From the sequence record MK514281.1: a DNA stretch of 64,000 nt; one strand, written 5' to 3'. Numbering within the stretch: the stretch's first letter is position 1; each line of letters opens with the position of its first letter. Below, in pieces: positions 28,067 to 36,239 of this stretch. Made by a program: the position numbers and the translations under genes. The notes under the pieces are model-generated. The model worked only from the letters and a program-made list of their open reading frames with translations. It did not search any database and was not told the origin of the DNA.

Positions 28067-28845
28067 TTAACGGTAACACTGAGGGGTCATGGGAATCCCT
28101 CCTTAAATGGCATTGGTTTGAAGAGCGGTCAGCCCGACGGGAGCCAATGCATTTCGTGGTTGTCGATTACGATACGGGTAGTGAAGCCAAGGCGTTTCAG
28201 CAGCTGACTGAACTGGCAGAGAAATTGGACTATGTCTCTGTTGAACGTATTGCGGCGGCTGACTTCACCCCTGCTCGTACCAGAGCGCTGAACGAGCGTG
28301 AAGGCGGGTGGCATTATTGTCATCTGATGGGGGAGTGTCGGTATGGCCGAGGTGGGATCATCATTGGTGAGGGTGGTGGTTGGACAGGCGCGCACGGTGG
28401 TGCCGGTGATGTCGGGATGGCTGCAACCCCTAATGATGGATCGATACTATACCAAACCGATTGCAATGATCCTGTGGTTGGCAGGCGTAAGTTTAAGACG
28501 GTGCGGGATGTCATGGAAAAGGCCAGTCCTTACGATTGGCCGGTAGAAATCTGTGTAGTGGGTAACCGGCGTGACCCAGAAGTCGTGGCATTATCCCAAG
28601 CTGTGTTCAAATCGGTGGGTAGTCGCAATATCAAAGTCACTGCCAAAACCCATCAGGAAATGATGTTTAACCAGCGCACACACCAGGTGGTTAATATCAC
28701 GCCGGCGAAGTATCAAGCGGAGTTTGAAGCGGCTTACCAGGAAGCTTACATCAACGCTAACACGGTCTCGACCATGCCGGTACGCCTTGGCCCACGTGGA
28801 CCGTTGCATTCGGTCTTGGCAACCCAACGCAAGAAACACTTTTAA
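28063..28845 (+). CDS. Hypothetical protein with internal Gly-rich loop
   Basis: ATGA overlap; 260 aa. Confidence 0.7.
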   Translation: MINGNTEGSWESLLKWHWFEERSARREPMHFVVVDYDTGSEAKAFQQLTELAEKLDYVSVERIAAADFTPARTRALNEREGGWHYCHLMGECRYGRGGIIIGEGGGWTGAHGGAGDVGMAATPNDGSILYQTDCNDPVVGRRKFKTVRDVMEKASPYDWPVEICVVGNRRDPEVVALSQAVFKSVGSRNIKVTAKTHQEMMFNQRTHQVVNITPAKYQAEFEAAYQEAYINANTVSTMPVRLGPRGPLHSVLATQRKKHF

Positions 28846-28872
28846 TCAGTTCCCCTCAACAGGAGAGTAACC

Positions 28873-29178
28873 ATGTGTAACATGCGATCGGATTGGTTTG
28901 TAGAAGACGAACCATCCATGCAGGAAAGTGATCCGCATTTCGATAACCACGCGATGGATGGTTTGATGGCAAAGATCCGTGACTTTGTTAAAGAGAGCGA
29001 TGCAGCGACGTATGTGCCTCAGGCACTGTTTGGCGAAGCGGGTAAAGTCAACTTATCCAAAGTGGCAGCAGTAACCCGTCCGGTCGATCACCTCATTACC
29101 CTGAACCCAGTGGCCAATGACGGTGATGTGTATCTGGACTTCGCGCGAGGGAAGCGGCGTGGATACAAACCCCACTGA
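28873..29178 (+). CDS. Hypothetical protein
   Basis: AGGAG SD. Confidence 0.65.
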   Translation: MCNMRSDWFVEDEPSMQESDPHFDNHAMDGLMAKIRDFVKESDAATYVPQALFGEAGKVNLSKVAAVTRPVDHLITLNPVANDGDVYLDFARGKRRGYKPH

Positions 29179-29389
29179 AGTTAACATCGAGCAGGCCAAT
29201 CGTTATGAGGGGTCTACCGATGATTTGGTCCAGCAAGCTAATGATCGTGGTTTTCTCCAGGGGATTCGTATCACTTCTGGCGAGGACATCGATCCAAGCA
29301 TTTGGACGCCTGAGAAGATCGAAAAGTTGAAAGCCGCACTTCGACATATTCGTGACTCAGAACAACGCATCAAAGGTAGCCAGGGGTAA
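29117..29389 (+). CDS. Small hypothetical protein (start may be GTG 29159)
   Basis: ORF ending inside a terminator hairpin. Confidence 0.5.
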   Translation: MTVMCIWTSREGSGVDTNPTEVNIEQANRYEGSTDDLVQQANDRGFLQGIRITSGEDIDPSIWTPEKIEKLKAALRHIRDSEQRIKGSQG

Positions 29390-29407
29390 TACCCTGGCTT
29401 TATGCCG
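29378..29407 (+). terminator. Hairpin + TTATGCCG
   Basis: AGCCAGGG-GTAATA-CCCTGGCT-TTATGCCG. Confidence 0.7.
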
Positions 29408-29427
29408 GTTTAACGAGGACGTGTAAC

Positions 29428-29883
29428 ATGGAATCGAGCGGTTTGATTACGCTGGCAATGGTCTTTTTAACCTTCGTCATTGGGTTATGTTGTTGGCTGA
29501 CGCGTTTCATACGCTATCACACCAACCGCTACACCGTTGACACCAAGAAGGCGTTAAAGCAATTTGCCTGTAAGCTTGAAAGAGTACTGGATGTCCCGCA
29601 GCCGTATTCGCTGGCACAAAGCGAAATGACAAGGCTGGATAATGAACTGAACGCTTCTCTCTTCCTCTTTGAAGAGATCACAGGGAAGATCCACGATGAA
29701 ACCAGTCGACTGTACCTGGAGTCAAGTTTCATGGTGGTGCGCGGCACTCAACACGATACCCCGATTCGTATCTGTGTGGCGAACACAATCTTCAGCCTGT
29801 CAACGACTAACCACAATCACCACAGCGTCATGAAGGTCATCAACGACTTTAATAACCGCTTGGCTAAAATTGTAGAAAGTTAA
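29428..29883 (+). CDS. Membrane-anchored hypothetical protein
   Basis: GAGG SD; N-terminal TM segment LITLAMVFLTFVIGLCCWL. Confidence 0.7.
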   Translation: MESSGLITLAMVFLTFVIGLCCWLTRFIRYHTNRYTVDTKKALKQFACKLERVLDVPQPYSLAQSEMTRLDNELNASLFLFEEITGKIHDETSRLYLESSFMVVRGTQHDTPIRICVANTIFSLSTTNHNHHSVMKVINDFNNRLAKIVES

Positions 29884-29887
29884 GCAC

Positions 29888-29921
29888 AGAAAAACTCAGA
29901 CCTATATCACGCCCGTGATAG
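29888..29921 (+). promoter_or_regulatory. Putative early promoter, copy 3
   Basis: AGAAAAACTCAGACCTATATCACGCCCGTGATAG. Confidence 0.7.
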
Positions 29922-29958
29922 ACCCCTCAACCCCCATTAATCTTAAGTGAGTTCAATC

Positions 29959-30399
29959 ATGAAATACGTTTACACTATTATCGCTGTTCTTGGTTTCTCT
30001 TTTGTGTCTGTTGCAGTTGCTGCAGATCAAACCAAAGTGGTGAAAGGCTGGTACGCCGAATACAACACGGCTTCGGTCCTGTATTCTGCTGGGCCAAAGA
30101 AAGGACAAGAATTGACTATGGAATGTGTATTAGGTGGTTGGACGTTTGCGTATGCAGACAAGATGGGCGAGGAGATAAACTCGGTCGATGATGACATGAC
30201 AATCCTGGTCGACGGTGCAGCCTTTGCTGTGCCGAAGACGCAGGGTCAACGTGAGAAGTTATACGCCGCCATTCAGCACGCTAAGAGTGGTATTCAATAC
30301 AAGACCCACGCCTATGGTGCGTCGGTAGTATTCCCAGTGGATGGCTTGGCCGAGATGTTTCGTGACCTGCCGTTTGAAGTCAGCCCGTGCATGAGCTAA
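29959..30399 (+). CDS. Secreted/periplasmic protein with Sec signal peptide
   Basis: MKYVYTIIAVLGFSFVSVAVA|ADQ. Confidence 0.75.
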   Translation: MKYVYTIIAVLGFSFVSVAVAADQTKVVKGWYAEYNTASVLYSAGPKKGQELTMECVLGGWTFAYADKMGEEINSVDDDMTILVDGAAFAVPKTQGQREKLYAAIQHAKSGIQYKTHAYGASVVFPVDGLAEMFRDLPFEVSPCMS

Positions 30400-30412
30400 A
30401 AGGAAAACAATT

Positions 30413-31114
30413 GTGATGACTCCTACCAAACAAATTAAACGCAGCTACCGTCTGATCAAAGTGACTGCCGATGTAACACGGGATAACTGGGTCGGGAAAG
30501 ACATCGACTTCATTGTTCAGCCCAATAAAGACATGATCGACGACACCACACGTGGTGGACCTAATCGCCTGCTGGCGACATACATCGTGCTGGGTAACCG
30601 TATTCCTGTAACCGTTAACAGCCATGCGACCATTACCCGGGAAGAAGGCTTGCAGGATCTGCAGGTCAGTATTGTCGATGGTCAGTCAAACTACATTGAC
30701 ATCAGTAATGTGCGTTACGTCGTGTCGTGTGAGTTAGAAGAGCACTTCACCTACACTCCACCAAAAGAACCTTCGCTACTTGATCAGCTGGTTGGCGGAC
30801 CAATGGGTGACCCAGCCCATATGTTCATTATCGATGAAAACTATAACGTCTTTGTCGGCACAGCGAACGATTCACAGGAAGATTATACCTTAGCAGGTCG
30901 TCTGATCAGTAACCTCGGTTCTCATGATGCTGAAGCTAATGATTTGGAGATTATCGGCAGTTATCCCGATGACCAAGGTGACCACTACTACGTCTCCATT
31001 GACTGGAACAAGTCATTCATTTCCGGGATTTCCAACAACGAGAAATGCGCATGGTTTAACCAACTCGATGCACTGGTAGCAATGTTGTTGGAAAAGATTA
31101 AAGTTACAGTGTAA
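30413..31114 (+). CDS. Hypothetical protein
   Basis: AAGGA SD; 233 aa. Confidence 0.7.
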   Translation: MMTPTKQIKRSYRLIKVTADVTRDNWVGKDIDFIVQPNKDMIDDTTRGGPNRLLATYIVLGNRIPVTVNSHATITREEGLQDLQVSIVDGQSNYIDISNVRYVVSCELEEHFTYTPPKEPSLLDQLVGGPMGDPAHMFIIDENYNVFVGTANDSQEDYTLAGRLISNLGSHDAEANDLEIIGSYPDDQGDHYYVSIDWNKSFISGISNNEKCAWFNQLDALVAMLLEKIKVTV

Positions 31115-31122
31115 GTAATATC

Positions 31123-31155
31123 AGGCAGGGGGACTACTCTCTGCCTTTATTTTTT
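31123..31155 (+). terminator. Rho-independent terminator
   Basis: AGGCAGGGGG-ACTA-CTCTCTGCCT-TTATTTTTT. Confidence 0.75.
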
Positions 31156-31226
31156 GTGGTATTCTGCCACAGAAAACTACTGGCCATACTGCCAGTGGTA
31201 TTCACTCAATAGGCTGCGAGGAATAA

Positions 31227-31787
31227 ATGATGTTTGATAAAATTGAAGGATTGGCTGATGTGATCGAGCTGAAGTACGGCTTGCTTGATATCACCTATCA
31301 CCGCGATAACGACAAAGACCTCTATGTCGATGTCTTTTATAAAGACACACGCTTGTCAAGCCGGCGTGATCTAACCGATGCCCTGGACTACGCTTATATC
31401 GGTGTGCGGTTGTGTAACCCTCAGTTCGGTGCCTGGTGTTATGGTGCTGAGCGTGAGTTGGTCATGTCGCATTTAATGGACGCATTGAGAATGGTGGGTA
31501 AGCCTGCACCCAGGGCGGTTGAAGACTCACGGTTAAAGACAGGGATTCATCGTACCATTCAGCTGCTTGCCGAGAACGGTAACCTGCATCCGAAAGAAGA
31601 TGATATCCGCATCACGATCCATCGTGCGGCGCGAGTGGACTACGGTTCAACAGATACCATCGAAACAACCATCAGCATGACCAACCACGATATTACTATT
31701 AGTAAGCGACGGATTGAGTGTGTTAGTGGTGAGATGCGGGATTTACAAGCATGGGCGCGTAAGTTATATGCGAGACACTTTGAATAA
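31227..31787 (+). CDS. Hypothetical protein
   Basis: GAGGA SD. Confidence 0.7.
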   Translation: MMFDKIEGLADVIELKYGLLDITYHRDNDKDLYVDVFYKDTRLSSRRDLTDALDYAYIGVRLCNPQFGAWCYGAERELVMSHLMDALRMVGKPAPRAVEDSRLKTGIHRTIQLLAENGNLHPKEDDIRITIHRAARVDYGSTDTIETTISMTNHDITISKRRIECVSGEMRDLQAWARKLYARHFE

Positions 31788-31797
31788 CGAGGTAGCT

Positions 31798-32199
31798 ATG
31801 GGTAGTGCGTACTGTAAGGTTGTGGCAATCCACAGCATCTATGTACACAGTGCAGCGATGGAAGCGGTATCCGCTAAATACAGGAGCTGTTTTCGTTTGG
31901 CGTATAACTTCGTGAATGCTACGCAGTTAGCCCAACAGCTACGGCTTGCCGTGAAGAACAGCGAAATCCTGATTGTCGATACCAGTGACTTTACTCGCCG
32001 GGCACTTAACAATCTTAATGAGCAGTTCTACTGCATCTATCCGGGTGAGGAACAACATTCCGATATGTCAGTCAAGCATCAGCGTAACTGTCGCATGACG
32101 CCTGACTGTATTCATATCGAAATTCAAAACCTCAGCGACTTTGAGCGCTTAAACTGGGAAGTTCGACCCGATGCAGGGTTAAGGATATCACGCCGTTAG
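31798..32199 (+). CDS. Hypothetical protein
   Basis: GAGG SD before ATG 31798. Confidence 0.6.
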   Translation: MGSAYCKVVAIHSIYVHSAAMEAVSAKYRSCFRLAYNFVNATQLAQQLRLAVKNSEILIVDTSDFTRRALNNLNEQFYCIYPGEEQHSDMSVKHQRNCRMTPDCIHIEIQNLSDFERLNWEVRPDAGLRISRR

Positions 32200-32201
32200 A
32201 A

Positions 32202-32250
32202 CGGCATATAGGCCCTCCATTACGGAGGGCCTTTTATGACATCTTTTTTT
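32202..32250. terminator. Bidirectional terminator
   Basis: CGGCATAT-AGGCCCTCC-ATTAC-GGAGGGCCT-TTTATGAC then a T tract; genes converge here. Confidence 0.8.
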
Positions 32251-32264
32251 TTTGGTTTACAGCG

Positions 32265-32711
32265 TTATACCAGGCGCTGAGTTAGCTGCGAACTATATTG
32301 AATAGCGTGATAGGTCGCAGGTTTCTCAAGCTGCTCGGTGCAGCGGTAGACCGGGGTCTTCATAAAAGGACAACCGGCATTCATTAATGCCTCACGGTTG
32401 CTGGGCGACTCATCAACGCGAATCACCACATCCGTGGACTGGAAGCCAAAGACTTCCCGCTTCGTTGCAGTATATTCTGCATCCAGCACCACGATCTTAC
32501 GGTTGATCACCAGCTTCACGGCCACCGGGTATTTGATTACCAGGTCTGACCCTAAGCCCGCCAAGACAAACTTAATGACAAACTTCTTAAGTCCATTTAG
32601 CAACTGACTCTCACTGGCCCAACTTTTAACAATCTGCAGCATGTGTGTATTTCCACTCATATAAGGGGAAGTTAAGAAAAGCAACCTGAGGGCCCGTCCG
32701 TGATCCCTCAT
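32265..32711 (-). CDS. Hypothetical protein (start uncertain)
   Basis: Minus-strand ORF filling the gap down to the bidirectional terminator. Confidence 0.5.
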   Translation of the reverse strand: MRDHGRALRLLFLTSPYMSGNTHMLQIVKSWASESQLLNGLKKFVIKFVLAGLGSDLVIKYPVAVKLVINRKIVVLDAEYTATKREVFGFQSTDVVIRVDESPSNREALMNAGCPFMKTPVYRCTEQLEKPATYHAIQYSSQLTQRLV

Positions 32712-32717
32712 AATGTA

Positions 32718-33182
32718 TTACTTCATACCGTCCAACTGCTTTTGAAGTTCCTTTAACTGACGGCTTGCATCCGGCGTCTCGGCGTCATGATCTCTGATCG
32801 CTTCAATAAACGACTTCCGTTTGCAATAAGGATACTTCATCCATTTATCAAATGACAAACCAAATTTGCCCAAGATATCCGCACGCAGATATTCGAGCTC
32901 ATACTTTCGATACCCAACTAACGCCAGCGAGTCTTCCTGCTCGACCTGTAAGATTAACGAGAGCGGCGAGGTTTCCACGTTATGGTCAATAATCCCAAAC
33001 GTGTCATCGTAAAGCTCTGTTAATCGAATTAGTGGATACTCCCAGTTCTCGGTAAGAAACGTGGGGTTTTCTAACGCGACATCCCAGGCATCGGACCGAT
33101 CACTTTCGGACAGACCGAAATCCCAATGGATTAGATGTCGGCTTGATCGAACGTCTGATTCAGTGTATTCGTCATTAGGGTA
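32718..33182 (-). CDS. Second (GT-like) segment of tail/baseplate assembly chaperone, probably reached by -1 frameshift
   Basis: Frame open from 33230 to 32718 with no ATG/GTG/TTG above 32978; FGLSFDKWMKYPYCKRKSF resembles GT/gp51-type C-terminal segments. Confidence 0.65.
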   Translation of the reverse strand, partial: YPNDEYTESDVRSSRHLIHWDFGLSESDRSDAWDVALENPTFLTENWEYPLIRLTELYDDTFGIIDHNVETSPLSLILQVEQEDSLALVGYRKYELEYLRADILGKFGLSFDKWMKYPYCKRKSFIEAIRDHDAETPDASRQLKELQKQLDGMK

Positions 33183-34750
33183 AAAAAAACCCGTGCTACG
33201 TTCAGCGGGGTGTACGCAGGGAAGGTGTTGCTAACTAGCGGTTGACGCGCCTGGCAGTTCGGGCATTTCCAACGCGGTACTGCGACTACACCGACCGTTA
33301 CCCGGTTGATGAACTTGTTCAGCTCTTCAAAGAACGGTTTACGCATATCCGGGGTTGCACTGAATTGCTTCAGCAGCAATGCCACGTCATCGGCCGACTC
33401 AACATAGTTGCCATCGTTGAACTCGATCTTAGTCACCCAGTGGGCGTAACCACGCATGGAGGACAGCGCTGCCTGTTTGTTGATGTGCTGCTCACGCTGC
33501 TCACGCGTCATGCTGTCGTTGAAGCTGTCGGTGATCGCTTGTTGAATACCGTTGATCCAGGCATAACCCGCTGCATTCTTATCTTCGAGTGATGGCACCC
33601 GCAGATAGAACTTCACATCTTTCACAGTGATGACATTGTCTTTCATCACTTCAAAGCCGGTCTGATAGGCAATGACCTGCTCGACGGTACGGCCGCTGAA
33701 GTGAGACATGTGCGCACGCTGGGTTGGTGACAGACGATTGTTGTCAATGATCGACAGACGAGAGACGTTAACTTTCGCTGCTTCAACATGCACACACTTC
33801 TTCGGATCGGCGGCACAGGCAGTGACCATGTGGTAGCCAGACTTAAAGCGTGCGCCCAGGTAGGCGTTAGCGATCAGATCGAGATCCTGCTCTTTGATTA
33901 ACGGCAGCAGGGTTTTCTTATCGGAGACACCGATGCTGCTGTCAGTGACCATACCCAGCAGGAAGTCAGTCATGTGCTTACGCACCACGACATCCAGGTT
34001 GTTAAACACCAGACCGTTGGTACGACGACCGAGGATCGCTTTCTCAGCCATGATGGCGGTTTGCATATCCACAAACTCATCATCACCGGCAATCAGCAAC
34101 GTAACCCAGATACCAGAATGTGGCAGCGGCAGATGGACATAGTCGCCCATGTTCATCACACCACGAGCACGCATCACTGCCTGTGGACCGGTCAGCAGTT
34201 TAGTGCCTTCGGTACTGCGCTTCACTGGCGGGCGAGAAACACCCTGCACTTTGTTGCTGTCAAGCAGAATACCTTGCAGCCACTGCGCGCCATCCTGACG
34301 AATGGTCAGATTCAGACCAGAACGGTACGACAGGTTGGTGATGGCATTACTGGCCAGGGATAGCCAGATCATCGCTTTATCAGCACCGTACAGACTGACG
34401 ATCTCTTTTAAGATCTTCTTGTCTTCGGTGTTGGTGTCGATCTCGTTGATCAGCGCCGTCGCTGCATCGTAATCCTGATGCATGATAGACAGCACACCTT
34501 CCGTGCCGACATCCTCCATGGAGTTCAGCTTTTCAATGATCGGGTTCTGATAGAGCGGATCGAACGCCTGCTCAACGGCTTCAACTTCAGGTGCTTCAGC
34601 TTCGCCCTGTTGGCCGGTTTCTGCTGGCTCGGGATCGGTGCCAATAGTACCAGTAGTCGCCGGACGGCCTGGATCAACTTCAGGAATACCAGAGTGGTTT
34701 TCTTCAACAGGCTCTTGCTGTGACAGAATGGATGGGTTATCACCGGACAT
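33131..34750 (-). CDS. Putative tail-tube/baseplate-hub assembly chaperone (T4 gp26-like; phiKZ gp77 position)
   Basis: Acidic N-terminus, C..DPKKC and WKCPNC Zn ligands, FFTL near the C-terminus. Confidence 0.6.
   Translation of the reverse strand: MSGDNPSILSQQEPVEENHSGIPEVDPGRPATTGTIGTDPEPAETGQQGEAEAPEVEAVEQAFDPLYQNPIIEKLNSMEDVGTEGVLSIMHQDYDAATALINEIDTNTEDKKILKEIVSLYGADKAMIWLSLASNAITNLSYRSGLNLTIRQDGAQWLQGILLDSNKVQGVSRPPVKRSTEGTKLLTGPQAVMRARGVMNMGDYVHLPLPHSGIWVTLLIAGDDEFVDMQTAIMAEKAILGRRTNGLVFNNLDVVVRKHMTDFLLGMVTDSSIGVSDKKTLLPLIKEQDLDLIANAYLGARFKSGYHMVTACAADPKKCVHVEAAKVNVSRLSIIDNNRLSPTQRAHMSHFSGRTVEQVIAYQTGFEVMKDNVITVKDVKFYLRVPSLEDKNAAGYAWINGIQQAITDSFNDSMTREQREQHINKQAALSSMRGYAHWVTKIEFNDGNYVESADDVALLLKQFSATPDMRKPFFEELNKFINRVTVGVVAVPRWKCPNCQARQPLVSNTFPAYTPLNVARVFFTLMTNTLNQTFDQADI
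33182..33190 (-). other. Candidate -1 slippery site G-UU-UUU-UUU
   Basis: GTT TTT TTT (V-F-F), 16 codons before the stop of the 539-aa ORF. Confidence 0.65.
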
Positions 34751-34767
34751 TATGCTTATCCTTACCT

Positions 34768-35235
34768 TTACTTTTTAGTGGGGTCGACCTGAACCGGGTC
34801 ATTGAGTTTGCTTGCTGCGCCAGCGGCAACCGCGTTAGCATGGGCGCTGTCTGACATGGTCAGAATGGCAGCACCGTGACGCTGCATCGCATCCAGCAAT
34901 TTACTTTGCAGGACGATGTATTGTTCGTGCACACTGAGGAAGTCAGCGATGGTGCTGTCATGCAAGGCATAACCGGTTTTGCCTTGGTGCTGCTGCTTGA
35001 TCATCGGCAGTGTTTCATCGATCTCTTTGACTACAGCCAGCGCCGCTTCGATGTGCGAGCTTAACGCAGAGGGGTTTGGCTGAAAGCGAATGATGTTGGT
35101 GTTGACGGCCATGAGGCAAGTATTGCTCAGCTCATTGCGCAAATTAATCGTATAAGTTGCCGCAGAATCCAGGTACTCCCAGAACTGATCGGGCTGATGG
35201 ACCTCTGGTGCGAGAGGCGGTTCATTGGTTGACAT
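34768..35235 (-). CDS. Probable conserved chimallivirus protein
   Basis: Co-oriented upstream of the chaperone gene; GGA SD. Confidence 0.7.
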   Translation of the reverse strand: MSTNEPPLAPEVHQPDQFWEYLDSAATYTINLRNELSNTCLMAVNTNIIRFQPNPSALSSHIEAALAVVKEIDETLPMIKQQHQGKTGYALHDSTIADFLSVHEQYIVLQSKLLDAMQRHGAAILTMSDSAHANAVAAGAASKLNDPVQVDPTKK

Positions 35236-35327
35236 AACGGGTCCTTGAGGTGATTTATCTTGTGGCTTACATATATTGACACTACTAATGTCAACAATTA
35301 CAACGTTTATACGGAAAAGGCACGGTC

Positions 35328-36239
35328 ATGAGTGATTTTACTGACTTAACGAAATTGAAGACCGAATTACCACAAAACATCCAAAAGATTGATGAGCAGG
35401 ATGATGTGGGTGACTTCAGCGATCTTAACGACTACCTCATGACCATCATTCCGGATGAACGGCGTGAGCGCTTGATCGCGATCTGTCAAAACTTAAGTAC
35501 CCTGCAGTATCATCAAGTCCAGCCCGATGTGGATCGGTTACTGATGATGGCTAACGACGGTGAAGCGCCTTCGGTGCTCGATGACTTGACCCGGTTGTTA
35601 TTTGAACACGCTTATGACTTAACGAAAAACATGGGCTTTAACTGGGCTGATGAGATTGAGTTTGATAAGCTGTTCCTGCTCGGTGATGTAATCGAAGGCG
35701 CCATGTTGATTGATGGCATGGAAGACTACGGCGACCTCTCAGCGATCCTGGATGGTGATGACTCAGTTGAAGAGAAGGTGGTGGATATCTGGGGCCTGGT
35801 GCTCGACAAAGACATGCACCATCTCTTTGAACAGATCCAGTCCATTGAACCGGCAGTGATCAGCGGGATCAAACAAGTCACGACCCGCCCGTATGCCGAA
35901 GACGATTATGCGGATGTCCAGCGTCCACTTGAGTTCGTGGTTGAGCGGTTGGTGAAAGTTCGTGAGATGATGAAGACCGATGGCATTGCTTACCAGCATG
36001 TGGCCAAGGGTGGAGCATTAGGCGTTGAGCTCGATTCACTGATTACGCTCTACACCCCTGAGCTGAATGCCGTGACCGATCCGATCGAACTGACCGACCT
36101 GCTGGTTGCCTTTACCCTGATCAGCAACACCCCAGATGGTTTGGTGAAATCCACCGCATCCCGGCTGGCAGAAAAATGGATTGATGATATCGAAGTCATC
36201 AATGTGGTAGGTAAACATATCGACAGGTATCCCGTGTGA
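35328..36239 (+). CDS. Acidic protein coupled to virion RNAP beta' (phiKZ gp79 position)
   Basis: AAGG SD; GTGA overlap with the RNAP gene. Confidence 0.7.
   Translation: MSDFTDLTKLKTELPQNIQKIDEQDDVGDFSDLNDYLMTIIPDERRERLIAICQNLSTLQYHQVQPDVDRLLMMANDGEAPSVLDDLTRLLFEHAYDLTKNMGFNWADEIEFDKLFLLGDVIEGAMLIDGMEDYGDLSAILDGDDSVEEKVVDIWGLVLDKDMHHLFEQIQSIEPAVISGIKQVTTRPYAEDDYADVQRPLEFVVERLVKVREMMKTDGIAYQHVAKGGALGVELDSLITLYTPELNAVTDPIELTDLLVAFTLISNTPDGLVKSTASRLAEKWIDDIEVINVVGKHIDRYPV

Noticed and set aside
32718-32978. Stand-alone 86-aa gene starting at GTG 32978
   Set aside because: No convincing SD, and the frame continues about 250 nt upstream to a slippery site. The frameshift model is preferred, though not proven.
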